Position numbers and translations under genes: made by a program | Notes under the pieces: generated by a model | The model's input: the letters and a program-made list of their open reading frames with translations, nothing else | Database searches by the model: none | Told to the model about the DNA's origin: nothing | DNA from: Minisyncoccia bacterium | GTDB taxonomy: Bacteria; Patescibacteriota; Minisyncoccia; Phycocordibacterales; UBA918 | Assembly: GCA_046293175.1 (NCBI GenBank) | Contig: JBKBPM010000001.1 | Span: 427,446 to 491,445 of the forward strand | Direction of reading: 5' to 3' | Length of the DNA stretch: 64,000 bases | Shown: positions 19,999 through 30,320 of the stretch, in pieces | Numbering within the stretch: the first letter of the stretch is position 1 | Layout of the letters: every line of letters begins with the position of its first letter

Positions 19999-20368
19999 CA
20001 CTCCCCCTCCTTTACTATCTACCAGTATAAGTTGTTTTTAGTGACTCGACAATACAAAAGGCTATCCACAAAACGCTCTTCTGCGTTTTATGGATGACCA
20101 GTTTGGCCACAGCGATGAGATTACCCCCATCACCCGATCAATGGTAGATACCCCGACTACTAGCTGATCTCCCTGCTGTAGCGTCCTACACTGACCAAAT
20201 GCACCCGGATAGATATCCGACTCGCACGCATTGAATTGAAAGATAGCTTTCTTGACTCTTGCTTGTGCCGTCGCTTGCTGTTCTAGCGAATAAATTACCC
20301 ACCGCGGTCGGCGACTCGTCCTCTTTGGTATATTGGTCTCTCTGCTAATGCCACACGGGGGCATAGGC

Positions 20369-20406
20369 AAAGCCACCTCAGTCGCACAAGCGACTGAGGT
20401 GGCTTT
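20369..20406 (-). terminator. typA terminator
   Basis: 17-bp stem AAAGCCACCTCAGTCGC/GCGACTGAGGTGGCTTT. Confidence 0.75.
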
Positions 20407-20421
20407 ATAAGGAGTTATGGG

Positions 20422-22200
20422 TTACGCGCGCTTGCGGTCACTCTCCTTGAGCTTGGCTTTGCGGAGACGGACATTCAGTGGCGTGATTTCGAGGTATTCA
20501 TCGTCAGCCATGATTTCAAGACCGGTTTCAATCGTAATCACCTTTGGATTGACGAGCACAATCGCATCATCGCTTCCTGACGCGCGCATGTTGGTGAGTT
20601 GCTTACCTTTAGTCGGATTCACTGTCATTTCTTCGCCTTTACTGGTGTTACCAATCACCATACCTTCGTACACTTCGGTACCCGGACCAATGTAAAGCTG
20701 GCCACGATCCTGAAGACCATAAAGCGCAAAGCCAAGCGCCTTACCCTGCACCATCGATATCATCGAACCAACCTGGCGCTTCTTGATTTCGCCGGCATAC
20801 GGACGGAAACCAAGTACGCGAGACGCGAGGATACCATCACCCTTTGTATCTACCACAAACTGGTTCTTGTAACCGAGGAGTCCGCGAGTTGGACCTTCGA
20901 GCATAATCCGCACCTGGTTTTCATGTACAATCATGTTTGTCATCACAAAGCCACGAGTGCCGAGACGTTCAATCACAGCACCTTGATACTCACTTGGAAT
21001 ATCCACGGTCACTTCTTCAAACGGTTCACTCTTCACCCCGTCAATCTCTTTGATAATTACCTGTGGCTGTGAGACGGCCATTTCAAAGCCTTCACGACGC
21101 ATGTTTTCGAGCAAAATCGCAACGTGCATTTCACCACGACCTCGCACTTCAAAGGTATCTCCCTGACTAAAGTCAACCTGGAGACCTACGTTGACCTCAA
21201 GTTCCTTCTCAAGACGATCCTTAATCTGGCGACTGGTGACAAACTTTCCTTCGCGTCCAGCAAACGGTGAACTGTTCGGCATGAACTGAAGTGCGATCGT
21301 AGGTTCATCTACTTTAATTGCCGGTAGAGGTTCGACCGCTTCACTATCGGTGAAGGTGTCTCCAATATTGATATCTTCGAAGCCAGCAATCATGACAATA
21401 TCGCCAGCAAAGGCTTCAGCGGTTTCGACTTTCTCTATACCCTTAAAGGTATAGAGCTTTACGACCTTTCCGCGACGCACTGCATCTTCGCCCTCATGCT
21501 TGACGATAAGCTGCTGACTAGCCTTAACTGAACCTTCGTAGACACGAGCTACCGCCAGACGACCAAGGAAGTTGTCGTAGCCGAGGTTAAATACCTGAGC
21601 ACGGAGTGCTTCACCTGGCACATAGGCTCGGGCAGGTGGCACAAGTTCAAGTACGGTATCAAGCAGTGGCGTAAGGTCCACCATATCGTCGTTCATGTTG
21701 CGCTTCGCTTTTCCTTCGCGACCGATGGCATAAACAGTCGTGAAGTTACACTGTTCATCATTCGCACCGAGTTCAAGAAAGAGTTCGAGGACTTGCTCTT
21801 CGGTCCGTGGGATGTCTGCCGCTGGCTTGTCGATCTTGTTCACGACCACAATTGGCTTGAGACCAAGTTCAAGCGATTTCTTCAAAACAAAGCGAGTCTG
21901 GGGCATTGGTCCTTCCTGAGCGTCCACAATGAGAAGTACCGAGTCAATTGAGCGAAGTACCCGCTCTACTTCAGAACCAAAGTCCGCGTGACCAGGGGTG
22001 TCCACGATGTTGATCTTGGTACCTTTGTACTCAATAGAGGTATTTTTGGCGTAAATGGTAATACCACGCTCTTTTTCAAGCGCGTTACTATCCATTGAAG
22101 TTTCACCATCGCGTGCTCCCGTCTGCTCCATAAGGGCATCGGTGAGCGTCGTCTTACCATGGTCTACGTGCGCGATAATCGCGATGTTTCTAATCTCCAT
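20422..22200 (-). CDS. typA: Translational GTPase TypA/BipA
   Basis: [39 protein letters not shown]. Confidence 0.97.
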   Translation of the reverse strand: MEIRNIAIIAHVDHGKTTLTDALMEQTGARDGETSMDSNALEKERGITIYAKNTSIEYKGTKINIVDTPGHADFGSEVERVLRSIDSVLLIVDAQEGPMPQTRFVLKKSLELGLKPIVVVNKIDKPAADIPRTEEQVLELFLELGANDEQCNFTTVYAIGREGKAKRNMNDDMVDLTPLLDTVLELVPPARAYVPGEALRAQVFNLGYDNFLGRLAVARVYEGSVKASQQLIVKHEGEDAVRRGKVVKLYTFKGIEKVETAEAFAGDIVMIAGFEDINIGDTFTDSEAVEPLPAIKVDEPTIALQFMPNSSPFAGREGKFVTSRQIKDRLEKELEVNVGLQVDFSQGDTFEVRGRGEMHVAILLENMRREGFEMAVSQPQVIIKEIDGVKSEPFEEVTVDIPSEYQGAVIERLGTRGFVMTNMIVHENQVRIMLEGPTRGLLGYKNQFVVDTKGDGILASRVLGFRPYAGEIKKRQVGSMISMVQGKALGFALYGLQDRGQLYIGPGTEVYEGMVIGNTSKGEEMTVNPTKGKQLTNMRASGSDDAIVLVNPKVITIETGLEIMADDEYLEITPLNVRLRKAKLKESDRKRA

Positions 22201-22517
22201 ATACTACAAATGTTTTACGCCTATAAGTGTTTCGTCTCGAAAGAGAAAGGTGCACGTGTCGGCACGACTGTGCACCTTAAAAACGCCACAATCATACCGT
22301 AGAGGATGACTCTTGTCGAGGGTACAACTACAATGGGCATACAACCGGTTAGAAGTATATACAGGTATTGGATGCATTGAGATTTTGTTTTAACACAGAA
22401 TCTGAAATATTACTCGGAATGATAAGTCTACCTACTTTCCGCTGGACAAAAGAAAAGCCGGCGCGGAGAGTGTCATACCCATCCGCACCAGCCGTTGATG
22501 TTTGAGCCCATGAAAGC

Positions 22518-22880
22518 TCAGTTGTGCGAGTCGTCCGACTTGAAGTTCGGCCCGAGCCAGTTGTGACGCCGGACATAACGCACAAGAGAGAGATGTCGCA
22601 TGATGCGATCGCACCAGTCGAAGCACGCCTTCTTGTTGTTGTCCGCGAAGCATTCACCAGTCCAGGTTCCATCCTGAAGCTGTTTGGCGATAGTGACCAG
22701 TTCGCCACCTTCGAGCTTCGCTTGGTTACCGACTACGTCCTCGACTAACCTGAGCTGGGGTGTGATTTCGTCATCGGCACCCTCTGCACCGGTACGCACT
22801 GCCACCCAGACAAGTTTCCCAACGAGATGGTGGGCCATCTTCGAATTGTCAGTTCCGTTCATTCTGGAACCATCAGCCAT
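22518..22880 (-). CDS. Orphan protein
   Basis: GAGGTGATCA SD; TTGCAA-17-TATAGT promoter; downstream hairpin with T-run. Confidence 0.6.
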   Translation of the reverse strand: MADGSRMNGTDNSKMAHHLVGKLVWVAVRTGAEGADDEITPQLRLVEDVVGNQAKLEGGELVTIAKQLQDGTWTGECFADNNKKACFDWCDRIMRHLSLVRYVRRHNWLGPNFKSDDSHN

Positions 22881-23012
22881 CTGATCACCTCATCAATTAT
22901 TTTACTTGCGGCCTAGACTATACTACATTTTAATGATAATTGCAAGCCCTATAGTTGCCACTTTAATGATTAATTAAAGGGGCTGGCTTTGGCCCAGCCC
23001 CCCCTTCTCTTT

Positions 23013-23288
23013 TCATGTCGACACCAGCAAGAGCGGATGCGCTTCCCTCGCCTTCATCGTATAGATGTTGTAGAGGTCAAGGCAACGTTCCAGACAGGCC
23101 AATGAATTAGCGTAGCAGAACTCAAACGGCGTATCAGGATGATTGTCGAGGACCACCACACCGGTGCCAACACAGCAAATGCGAAAGCTCTTCGGTTGAA
23201 ACACACCGTACGGCTGATCTGCTACCCGCACAGGCACGTAGACGGAGCCACCTCTGCGCCAGCGCTCTATTACCTCACCTTTGTCCAC
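23013..23288 (-). CDS. Orphan protein
   Basis: GGGAGG SD before GTG; GC hairpin at ~22978-23005. Confidence 0.55.
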   Translation of the reverse strand: MDKGEVIERWRRGGSVYVPVRVADQPYGVFQPKSFRICCVGTGVVVLDNHPDTPFEFCYANSLACLERCLDLYNIYTMKAREAHPLLLVST

Positions 23289-23329
23289 AACTCGTCCCTC
23301 CCTATGTGACCAAGTTCGACACTACTTAA

Positions 23330-23596
23330 CTATACTCGCGAATGATTTGCAAGCTCTGCTTTTTCGGCTCGGGTCAGCTGCCGCAAGGCATGTTCACGCT
23401 TTTGCGCTGCGCTTCGATCTGTCACTAGCTCGCTATAGGCGAGGTAAACCGGGCGACGGGCTTTGGTGTACTTGGCTCCCTTCCCCGCGACTCCTTCACC
23501 ATTATGTTCTTTGATCCGTCGGTCAAGGTCAGTGGTTACACCACTGTAGTACGTACCATCGCTACAGCGCAGCATGTACACATACCACTGACTCAT
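23330..23596 (-). CDS. Standalone GIY-YIG nuclease (YhbQ/UPF0213-like)
   Basis: WYVYMLRCSDGTYYSGVTTDLDRRIKEHN; GAKYT; REHALR. Confidence 0.9.
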   Translation of the reverse strand: MSQWYVYMLRCSDGTYYSGVTTDLDRRIKEHNGEGVAGKGAKYTKARRPVYLAYSELVTDRSAAQKREHALRQLTRAEKAELANHSRV

Positions 23597-23700
23597 AGTC
23601 GCTCTTCGATATAGGAGGAGAGACTCTGGTCTGCAAACTGCGGAAAGAAGTACCAGACGAAGGCGATGGCCGCAAGAATAAAAACAATCACTTTGAGCAT
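23593..23700 (-). CDS. Small membrane protein (35 aa)
   Basis: MLKVIVFILAAIAFVWYFFPQFADQSLSSYIEERL; abuts the upstream gene and overlaps the downstream one (ATGA). Confidence 0.6.
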   Translation of the reverse strand: MLKVIVFILAAIAFVWYFFPQFADQSLSSYIEERL

Positions 23701-23701
23701 A

Positions 23702-24373
23702 TTATTTTTTTGGACTATTATTTAGGTGAAACAACTCTGGTCTCGTGCGTCGTACAGTATAGACAATACCGAGAAGAATAACGATGATACCAAGTGGTAC
23801 ATACACGAGTGAAGTGCGGATCATGCCAAGTTTTGTGACCTCCGCAAATTCGTAGAGGGCTGCCACCGAACGCCAGGTCGCCCCGTAGCCCGCGTCACTA
23901 TCAGTGTCGCCAATTACAATCAGATATTTCCCGTAGTTCTCCGGTGTACTCACCTCTACTCGATAGGTACCAGGGGCGACTGTCCCAAAGTATTCTGGCC
24001 CGACCAAGAAGTTTAGTTTAGAAATCGGCTCGCGGATGACCTCCCAGGTCGCATCAGCCGCTTTGATACGCGCAATCTCTTCTACCCCACGCGGCTCTAC
24101 TACCCGAACGATAATCCCCCCAAAGTCTGGGGTTGAAGAACCAGGAAGACCAAAGATACTCACCGATAGTGGCAGCTCTTCACTGATTGTAAACTCAACC
24201 ATCTCAGGGTAACCATTAAGCTCACCGGTAATAATCTGGCGGTTACTCAGGTCTAGTTCAAGCGGCAGTACCTCGTACGGTGTCACGACCTCGTGACTCG
24301 TCACCGTATAGGCAAATGCACTAGTAGGTAGTACTAACAGCGCTACGAAGAAGAACAGACGCGACATAGTCAT
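23702..24373 (-). CDS. Exported protein with C-terminal TM
   Basis: Signal peptide, C-terminal hydrophobic anchor. Confidence 0.7.
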   Translation of the reverse strand: MTMSRLFFFVALLVLPTSAFAYTVTSHEVVTPYEVLPLELDLSNRQIITGELNGYPEMVEFTISEELPLSVSIFGLPGSSTPDFGGIIVRVVEPRGVEEIARIKAADATWEVIREPISKLNFLVGPEYFGTVAPGTYRVEVSTPENYGKYLIVIGDTDSDAGYGATWRSVAALYEFAEVTKLGMIRTSLVYVPLGIIVILLGIVYTVRRTRPELFHLNNSPKK

Positions 24374-24894
24374 TATTGCGCATCAAAGTACTCCCAGAGT
24401 GAAAGTAGAGTCTTGCCAGTTTCAGTCTCGTTACTAAAGTTCGTGGTACAAGTATCAAGTTCGTATTCCACACCGTCCTTCACGACAATGTACCGGTAGT
24501 CGATACCATCGACGTTCTCCGCACACATCTCTTTGGTTTCAGGTTTGGCGGCTGCTACGAGCACATCGTCGGTGAGAGTTGCTTTAAGCTCGCGTAGGAA
24601 GGTGCGTGGAATAGCGCCTTCAATCGCCGGACTTGGTACCTCAGGATTATCTGAGAATGGGAGATACCGGTAGCTACCATCATTTTCTATCTGAAATGAT
24701 GGTGGTACACCTACACGCATGCCGCCGTACATTTCACCAATCACGACAAAATCAGTCGCTTCTTCTTCGGTATCGACTCCCTGACCAGACTGGAACTCAG
24801 GAGCGTAGCCTACGAGGTACAAATACGAACCAGCAATAATCCCAATAAGTAAGGCTGACAACACGGTCAGTTTGTCCTGCTTCTTTAATTTCAT
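24373..24894 (-). CDS. Membrane-anchored hypothetical protein
   Basis: N-terminal TM; Cys pair; TATACT upstream. Confidence 0.7.
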   Translation of the reverse strand: MKLKKQDKLTVLSALLIGIIAGSYLYLVGYAPEFQSGQGVDTEEEATDFVVIGEMYGGMRVGVPPSFQIENDGSYRYLPFSDNPEVPSPAIEGAIPRTFLRELKATLTDDVLVAAAKPETKEMCAENVDGIDYRYIVVKDGVEYELDTCTTNFSNETETGKTLLSLWEYFDAQ

Positions 24895-24971
24895 ATAGGT
24901 TTTAGTATATCACCCTGTTCCCCACCCCGGCAAAGTACGGTATGATGGTGCCGCATTTGGAGACGAGGCAT

Positions 24972-25061
24972 GGAGATGTCGCATAGTGGTCGAGTGCGCT
25001 CGCTTGGAAAGCGAGTAGGGTGTCAAAGCCCTCGGAGGTTCGAATCCTCTCATCTCCGCCA
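24972..25061 (+). tRNA. tRNA-Ser (GGA)
   Basis: GGAGATG/CATCTCC acceptor; anticodon stem CTCGC-TTGGAAA-GCGAG; long variable arm; GGTTCGAATCC; encoded CCA. Confidence 0.96.
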
Positions 25062-25084
25062 AATAGAGCTAGCACGAGACGCGT

Positions 25085-25116
25085 ACAAAACCACTCCCAT
25101 AGAGGAGTGGTTTTGT
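25085..25116 (+). terminator. Terminator after tRNA-Ser
   Basis: ACAAAACCACTCC-cataga-GGAGTGGTTTTGT. Confidence 0.7.
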
Positions 25117-25135
25117 GTTTTGTCAGATTTGCACT

Positions 25136-25157
25136 GTATACCCCCTAGGGGGTATAC
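25136..25157. promoter_or_regulatory. CsoR-family operator overlapping promoter
   Basis: Perfect palindrome GTATACCCCCTAGGGGGTATAC between TTGCAC (-35) and TATACT (-10), directly before csoR. Confidence 0.88.
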
Positions 25158-25160
25158 TTG

Positions 25161-25430
25161 ATGGCAATGATTCAAGATACCAAAAAATTAGTTAGGCGAC
25201 TAAAAATCATCGAGGGGCAAGTTCGTGGCTTGCAGACCATGGTTGAAAACAAAACATACTGTATTGATGTGATTACCCAAACCTCTGCCATTAAGCAAGG
25301 ACTTTCAAATATCGAGGATTTGTTGCTCGAAGACCACTTGCAAAGCTGTGTAGTTAATCAGATCAAAGCTGGCAAAACAGCTAAAGCCACAGAAGAAATT
25401 TTACGAGTCTATCAACTAAAACGAAAGTAG
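25161..25430 (+). CDS. csoR: CsoR/RcnR-family metal-sensing repressor
   Basis: RLKIIEGQVRGL; C..H...C ligand set (YCIDV, DHLQSC). Confidence 0.9.
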   Translation: MAMIQDTKKLVRRLKIIEGQVRGLQTMVENKTYCIDVITQTSAIKQGLSNIEDLLLEDHLQSCVVNQIKAGKTAKATEEILRVYQLKRK

Positions 25431-25431
25431 T

Positions 25432-25977
25432 ATGGAACACACCGCAAATGAAAGTAAGCTATACATTCACCACGCTGATACGACTACTATCTGGTCATAC
25501 TGGCCAATTGCCACTATTTACGCCGTGGCGGCTCTCTTAGCCCTCTATACCGTACAATTTCATCTCTTCCCCGACTATATGTCGCACTGGATGGGATTTG
25601 TACTCATTGGATTTGGAGTGATTAAATTGTCTGACGTGGTTGGATTTGCCAAAGGGTTTGCTATGTACGACCCGCTCGCGAAACAAAGTATCACCTATGC
25701 ACAAACCTACCCATTTCTTGAGATTGCACTAGGCATTATGTTCATCTTGCAACTATTAGTTCTACCCGTGACACTGGTCACACTCTTCATATACAGCGCT
25801 AGTCTCTACGGAGCAATCCAATCTATAAAGAGAAAAGAAACACTGCACTGTGTCTGCCTGGGTACATACTTCAAACTACCCCTCTCAACCGTTACCCTCC
25901 TTGAGGCTGGCTTTATGATTGCAATGTGTGTCTGGATGTTACTCATGATTAACAGTATGGCTGGAATGGCCATGTAA
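25432..25977 (+). CDS. MauE/DoxX-like membrane protein
   Basis: GFAMYDPLA, YPFLE, CVCLG motif. Confidence 0.75.
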   Translation: MEHTANESKLYIHHADTTTIWSYWPIATIYAVAALLALYTVQFHLFPDYMSHWMGFVLIGFGVIKLSDVVGFAKGFAMYDPLAKQSITYAQTYPFLEIALGIMFILQLLVLPVTLVTLFIYSASLYGAIQSIKRKETLHCVCLGTYFKLPLSTVTLLEAGFMIAMCVWMLLMINSMAGMAM

Positions 25978-25990
25978 CAAATTTATATCT

Positions 25991-26653
25991 ATGAAAAATC
26001 AATCAATTATCGCTATTTGTATTCTCACCGTAGGTGTAGGTATCGCGCTTGGGTATGCTTTCTGGGGTGCAGGTGACAGCAAGTACACAGCACAAAAACA
26101 AACAAACGATACAACTGTACCTGCAGGAATGCACCGTATGCCTGACGGTTCACTGATGGGAAATGCTCCCGCTGATAACAGTATGGGTATGATGAATGGA
26201 ATGGATCATAGTGCCATGATGGTTAAAAGTGAACGGGAATTTCTTGAAGGGATGATTCCTCATCACCAAGAAGCAGTCGATACTGCTAAAGAAGTTAGCG
26301 CACGTGGTGGTTCAACTCCTGAAATCAAGAAATTAGCCGAAGATATTGTAGTCGCTCAAGAAAAAGAAATCGCGATGATGAAAGGCTGGTACCAGAGTTG
26401 GTACGGAAAAGCGTATATTGCTGACCCCGAAGCCTATGAACCAATGATGCGTGATTTATCAAAACTTAGCGGAGCGGCACTTGATAAGGTCTTTTTGGAA
26501 GATATGGTCATGCACCACATGGGAGCGGTGATGATGGCACAAAGTGTCCAGCCGTATATTGAACATAAAGAACTGACTGATTTAACGAAAGCAATAGTTG
26601 AGACACAAACTGTCGAAATTCAGCAGATGAAAAAGATGCTGGGTGAATTGTAA
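25991..26653 (+). CDS. DUF305 (CopM-like) Met/His-rich protein
   Basis: MHRMPDG; MIPHHQEAV; MHHMGAV. Confidence 0.85.
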   Translation: MKNQSIIAICILTVGVGIALGYAFWGAGDSKYTAQKQTNDTTVPAGMHRMPDGSLMGNAPADNSMGMMNGMDHSAMMVKSEREFLEGMIPHHQEAVDTAKEVSARGGSTPEIKKLAEDIVVAQEKEIAMMKGWYQSWYGKAYIADPEAYEPMMRDLSKLSGAALDKVFLEDMVMHHMGAVMMAQSVQPYIEHKELTDLTKAIVETQTVEIQQMKKMLGEL

Positions 26654-26670
26654 AGGATTTTAGGTCTATT

Positions 26671-26695
26671 TAAAACGCTACGTAGTAGCGTTTTA
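26671..26695. terminator. Bidirectional terminator
   Basis: TAAAACGCTAC-gta-GTAGCGTTTTA between convergent operons. Confidence 0.6.
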
Positions 26696-27157
26696 AATTA
26701 GTTGTTGTAGTCTTTGTGCAAGATAAACAACCGCTACTGCAATAACCAAACCACCAAAAACGTCAATCGTATGGTGAACATTAGCCATCACTCGGGCTGT
26801 TCCAATTAATCCTGAAACAACAAATAAACTGATTCCGAGAGGTTTGTTGACTGTATACACTAAAGCCGAGAGAGTAAAGGCAAAAAGGGCGTGTTCTGAC
26901 GGAAAACCATTATCCGCGGTATGAGCAAATAAAGGCGTCAGATCATGTGAGACAAACGGTCTAGGACTATCAATTAACCAACTTGCTACACGACCCACTA
27001 CATACGCAGTCGGTAACGACACCGCGCTAAATATGGCTAATTTACGACGTTGAATTGGCCTAGCGTACAACCAACCGAGGATTGCCCCAGTAATAACAAG
27101 ATAATGGAATTTAGTGGCAACCAAAACAATAACACTCTCAAACATACTACCGATCAA
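26693..27157 (-). CDS. PAP2/BcrC-like undecaprenyl-pyrophosphate phosphatase
   Basis: PRPF, GFPSEH, ARVMANVHHTID. Confidence 0.85.
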   Translation of the reverse strand: MIGSMFESVIVLVATKFHYLVITGAILGWLYARPIQRRKLAIFSAVSLPTAYVVGRVASWLIDSPRPFVSHDLTPLFAHTADNGFPSEHALFAFTLSALVYTVNKPLGISLFVVSGLIGTARVMANVHHTIDVFGGLVIAVAVVYLAQRLQQLI

Positions 27158-29072
27158 ACAAGCGAAGACTATTGAGAATAACTACAATCGCCATACCAGA
27201 ATCAGCCGCAATTGCAAATACCAAATTAGCGTTCCCAGTAACGACCAACAGTAAGAACAACACTTTCACACCTAGTGCCAAAGCAATATTCACTTTGATA
27301 ATTCGCATCGTCTGCCGTGCCAACCGCACTGTATACGGGACGGTTTCAAGATTGCCAGACATAAGCGCCATATCGGCTGTTTCAATCGCCACATCGGTAC
27401 CTCCAGCGCCAATAGCTATACCAACATCAGCTATCGCGAGCGACGGTGCGTCATTAATACCATCACCGACCATAGCAACTACCCCGTATTGCTTTTGCAA
27501 GGCAAGCACTTGTTCAACCTTATCTTCAGGTGAAAGGGCTGCGAAAATGTTATTGACTCCGACAATTTCACCAACATACTCAGCGCTTCGGGCGTTATCA
27601 CCAGTGAGCATACTCGTTGTGATACCGAGACTTTCCAGATCAGCAATAATTGCTCTAGCTTCTGTGCGTACTTCGTCGGCAATAGCGATAGCTCCGATAA
27701 GTTCTGTCTCAGACGCAATAAAAACGACCGTCTTACCAGTCGCTTCCAAAGCTTTGACCTGTTCTTCAACTTGCGCACTATTCACACCCAACGATTCCAT
27801 CAGTTTACGGTTCCCAATGGCGTGTGGAGCGCTACAGATCGTGCAATTAGCATGTCCGCCCTTACCGGCTACATTCTCAAACTGGTCCATAGCATGAGGA
27901 GTAATTCCTTTGGCTGTGGCGTAGTCAATAATAGATTGTGCCAAAGGATGTGAGGAAAACGCTTCAATACCTGCTGCATCTGCTATTACCTCTGCTTCTG
28001 AATGAGAACCAAACGTCAAAACATCTGTGACAGTGTGTCTTCCATAGGTAAGTGTACGTGTTTTATCAAACGCAATTGCTCGTACTTTTGCTAATTGCTC
28101 AAGATATGAACCACCTTTGATAAGAATACCCGCTCGTGAGGCGCCTCCAATCGCTGAGGCAATTGCTACCGGAGTGGAGATGACAAGCGCGCAGGGACAA
28201 GCAATAACCAGGAGAGTAATTGCTCGGTACAACCAGATCTCAAAGGGCATATCGAACAGTACAGTTGGAATCGTGGCCACTAAAAACGAAATTACGACAA
28301 TGAACGGCGTATAGTAACGGGCAAAGCTTTCAATGAAGGTGTCAGTTTCTGCTCGCGCATTTTGCGCTTTTTCGATGAGTATGATGATACGGGCAAAGAG
28401 TGAATCTTTGCTTTCTTTGGTCACTTGCACTTCCAAATAACCTTGAATATTGAGGGTACCAGCAAAGACCGTATCCTCTGGCTGCTTGTCAACCGGCGTC
28501 GATTCACCGGTAATGGCAGCTTCATCAAGGGCAGACATTCCACTTACAATCACTCCATCAAGGGGAACTAATTCACCAGGCTTGATAACAATAACGCTAT
28601 CAACTGTTACTTCCTCGACAGGCACAGTCTCTCCACTTTTTAGTCGAGCGACTTTTGGCGAGCGTTTCAGAAGCGCCTCAACTGCTTGACGGGAACGTTC
28701 AATCCCAAATGTTTCAAAAAACTCTGCCAGAGAAAAAAGAAATACTACCGCAGCGGCTTCTCCATATTCACCAATGTACAGAGCCCCAATCGCAGCGATA
28801 GTCACCAAAAAGCTAATATTAAGAAACCGCTTTTTGACCAAACCACTAATTGCACTTTTAAGCACAAACACCCCACCAACTAAAATTGATAGGATGTAGA
28901 AGAAGAAACTCAACTCTACTCGTTCGGGTGTAAATTGCCAGGTAAAACCAATAGCTAACAAAAGCCCGGAGATTGGTGTACAGATACGAAGTGCGTCAGC
29001 GGTAGAAAAACGCCATCGACTCTTGGTGTGAACATCGTTTTCATCACAATGATTACAGGTTGATTGACTCAT
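27147..29072 (-). CDS. P1B-type heavy-metal ATPase (ZntA/CadA-like)
   Basis: TGES, CPC, SHP, GDGIND; variant phosphorylation motif DKTRT. Confidence 0.9.
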   Translation of the reverse strand: MSQSTCNHCDENDVHTKSRWRFSTADALRICTPISGLLLAIGFTWQFTPERVELSFFFYILSILVGGVFVLKSAISGLVKKRFLNISFLVTIAAIGALYIGEYGEAAAVVFLFSLAEFFETFGIERSRQAVEALLKRSPKVARLKSGETVPVEEVTVDSVIVIKPGELVPLDGVIVSGMSALDEAAITGESTPVDKQPEDTVFAGTLNIQGYLEVQVTKESKDSLFARIIILIEKAQNARAETDTFIESFARYYTPFIVVISFLVATIPTVLFDMPFEIWLYRAITLLVIACPCALVISTPVAIASAIGGASRAGILIKGGSYLEQLAKVRAIAFDKTRTLTYGRHTVTDVLTFGSHSEAEVIADAAGIEAFSSHPLAQSIIDYATAKGITPHAMDQFENVAGKGGHANCTICSAPHAIGNRKLMESLGVNSAQVEEQVKALEATGKTVVFIASETELIGAIAIADEVRTEARAIIADLESLGITTSMLTGDNARSAEYVGEIVGVNNIFAALSPEDKVEQVLALQKQYGVVAMVGDGINDAPSLAIADVGIAIGAGGTDVAIETADMALMSGNLETVPYTVRLARQTMRIIKVNIALALGVKVLFLLLVVTGNANLVFAIAADSGMAIVVILNSLRLFDR

Positions 29073-29085
29073 AATTTAATTTTTA

Positions 29086-30318
29086 TTACGTCTGGATATT
29101 CATGCGTGCTTTTATTGCGTCCCGCATTATCATAAATTCTGATAACTTATCTTCCCCTAGTGTCACTCCCAAAGGCAGGTCGTCTGACAACGGATTAACT
29201 GGCACACCATTTTTAAACAGAGCATACTGCAAGTGTGGCCCTGTCGACATACCAGTCGAACCCACATAACCAATTGTCTCACTCTGCGTCACTGTGTTAC
29301 CTCGCTTAATACCCGTAGCCACTTTAGACAAATGGGTGTACTGACTCAGATAACCACCCGGATGCTTAATTTCTACGGTATACCCTAAGGCATCATTTTT
29401 CCAGCCCGCAAACGACACTTCACCGTTGCCGGTAGCGTATACCGGAGTTCCTTGTGGTGCAGCGTAGTCAATTGCCCGATGCGGTTGCACTACCCGTGTG
29501 ACAGGATTTACCCGGCTTTGTGTATAACCAGAACTGACCGAACCGTATGCGAGGGGTGTCCGTAGAAATGCCCGTGCCAAACTATTTCCTTCATTGTCAT
29601 AATAGGCATCCTCAAAACGATACGCCGTGTAGGATTTACCGTTTACGTCTGCTACAGCCCCAAGTACTGGGCCGTCCTGTACATACGAACCATCTTTCAG
29701 ACGCTCTTCGTAGAGAATAGTAAATGTATCTCCTATTGCGATATCACTCTCAAAATCAATACTAGAACCAAAAATAGTAGCGGTGTTCATGATTGTCGTG
29801 TCACTCACGTTTTCTGCCAGCGCATTAAGATAAAATGAACTTTCAATCTCTAGCTCGACTACTCGTTCTCGCACTTCAATTGGTAATGTTTCGATTTCTG
29901 CCACAAAGTCCTCGCCGTCGCGACGCACAACCAGCACTTCCTCTTCGCTGATTGGATATTCGACTGATGCCAGGGCTTCTTTTGCAAAGAAGAATTTTAG
30001 TATCTTACCCACATGAATTTGACTCAAAGCGTAGACATCTTCAGTTTCTTTAACGATATCTTGTGATTCATTTGGCGGGACACCAACCCGATTCATAATA
30101 CCGCCAATGGTTTCTTCGGGCGTAATGGTATATTCAACAACACGCAGGCTTGAAGAAGTTGTCGGAACATCAATCTGGCTGAGTGGTTCAGAAATAGCCT
30201 CGTCCGTATTGTTGTCTTTGTGCAGTTCCTTGTCCACTGGAACCCACCAATACGCCAATGCCACCAGAGCACTTACTGCGACAAGCACCAGCAGATACGG
30301 CAATCTAGGTCGTTTCAT
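29086..30318 (-). CDS. M23 peptidase (MepM-like)
   Basis: HRAID, GPHLQY variant of HxH; N-terminal TM. Confidence 0.85.
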   Translation of the reverse strand: MKRPRLPYLLVLVAVSALVALAYWWVPVDKELHKDNNTDEAISEPLSQIDVPTTSSSLRVVEYTITPEETIGGIMNRVGVPPNESQDIVKETEDVYALSQIHVGKILKFFFAKEALASVEYPISEEEVLVVRRDGEDFVAEIETLPIEVRERVVELEIESSFYLNALAENVSDTTIMNTATIFGSSIDFESDIAIGDTFTILYEERLKDGSYVQDGPVLGAVADVNGKSYTAYRFEDAYYDNEGNSLARAFLRTPLAYGSVSSGYTQSRVNPVTRVVQPHRAIDYAAPQGTPVYATGNGEVSFAGWKNDALGYTVEIKHPGGYLSQYTHLSKVATGIKRGNTVTQSETIGYVGSTGMSTGPHLQYALFKNGVPVNPLSDDLPLGVTLGEDKLSEFMIMRDAIKARMNIQT

Positions 30319-30320
30319 AC

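Noticed and set aside
20062-20376. 104-aa minus-strand ORF after typA
   Set aside because: The start lies within the terminator and there are no recognisable motifs; left uncalled.
24970-25161. 63-aa ORF in the track
   Set aside because: It overlaps tRNA-Ser and is spurious.
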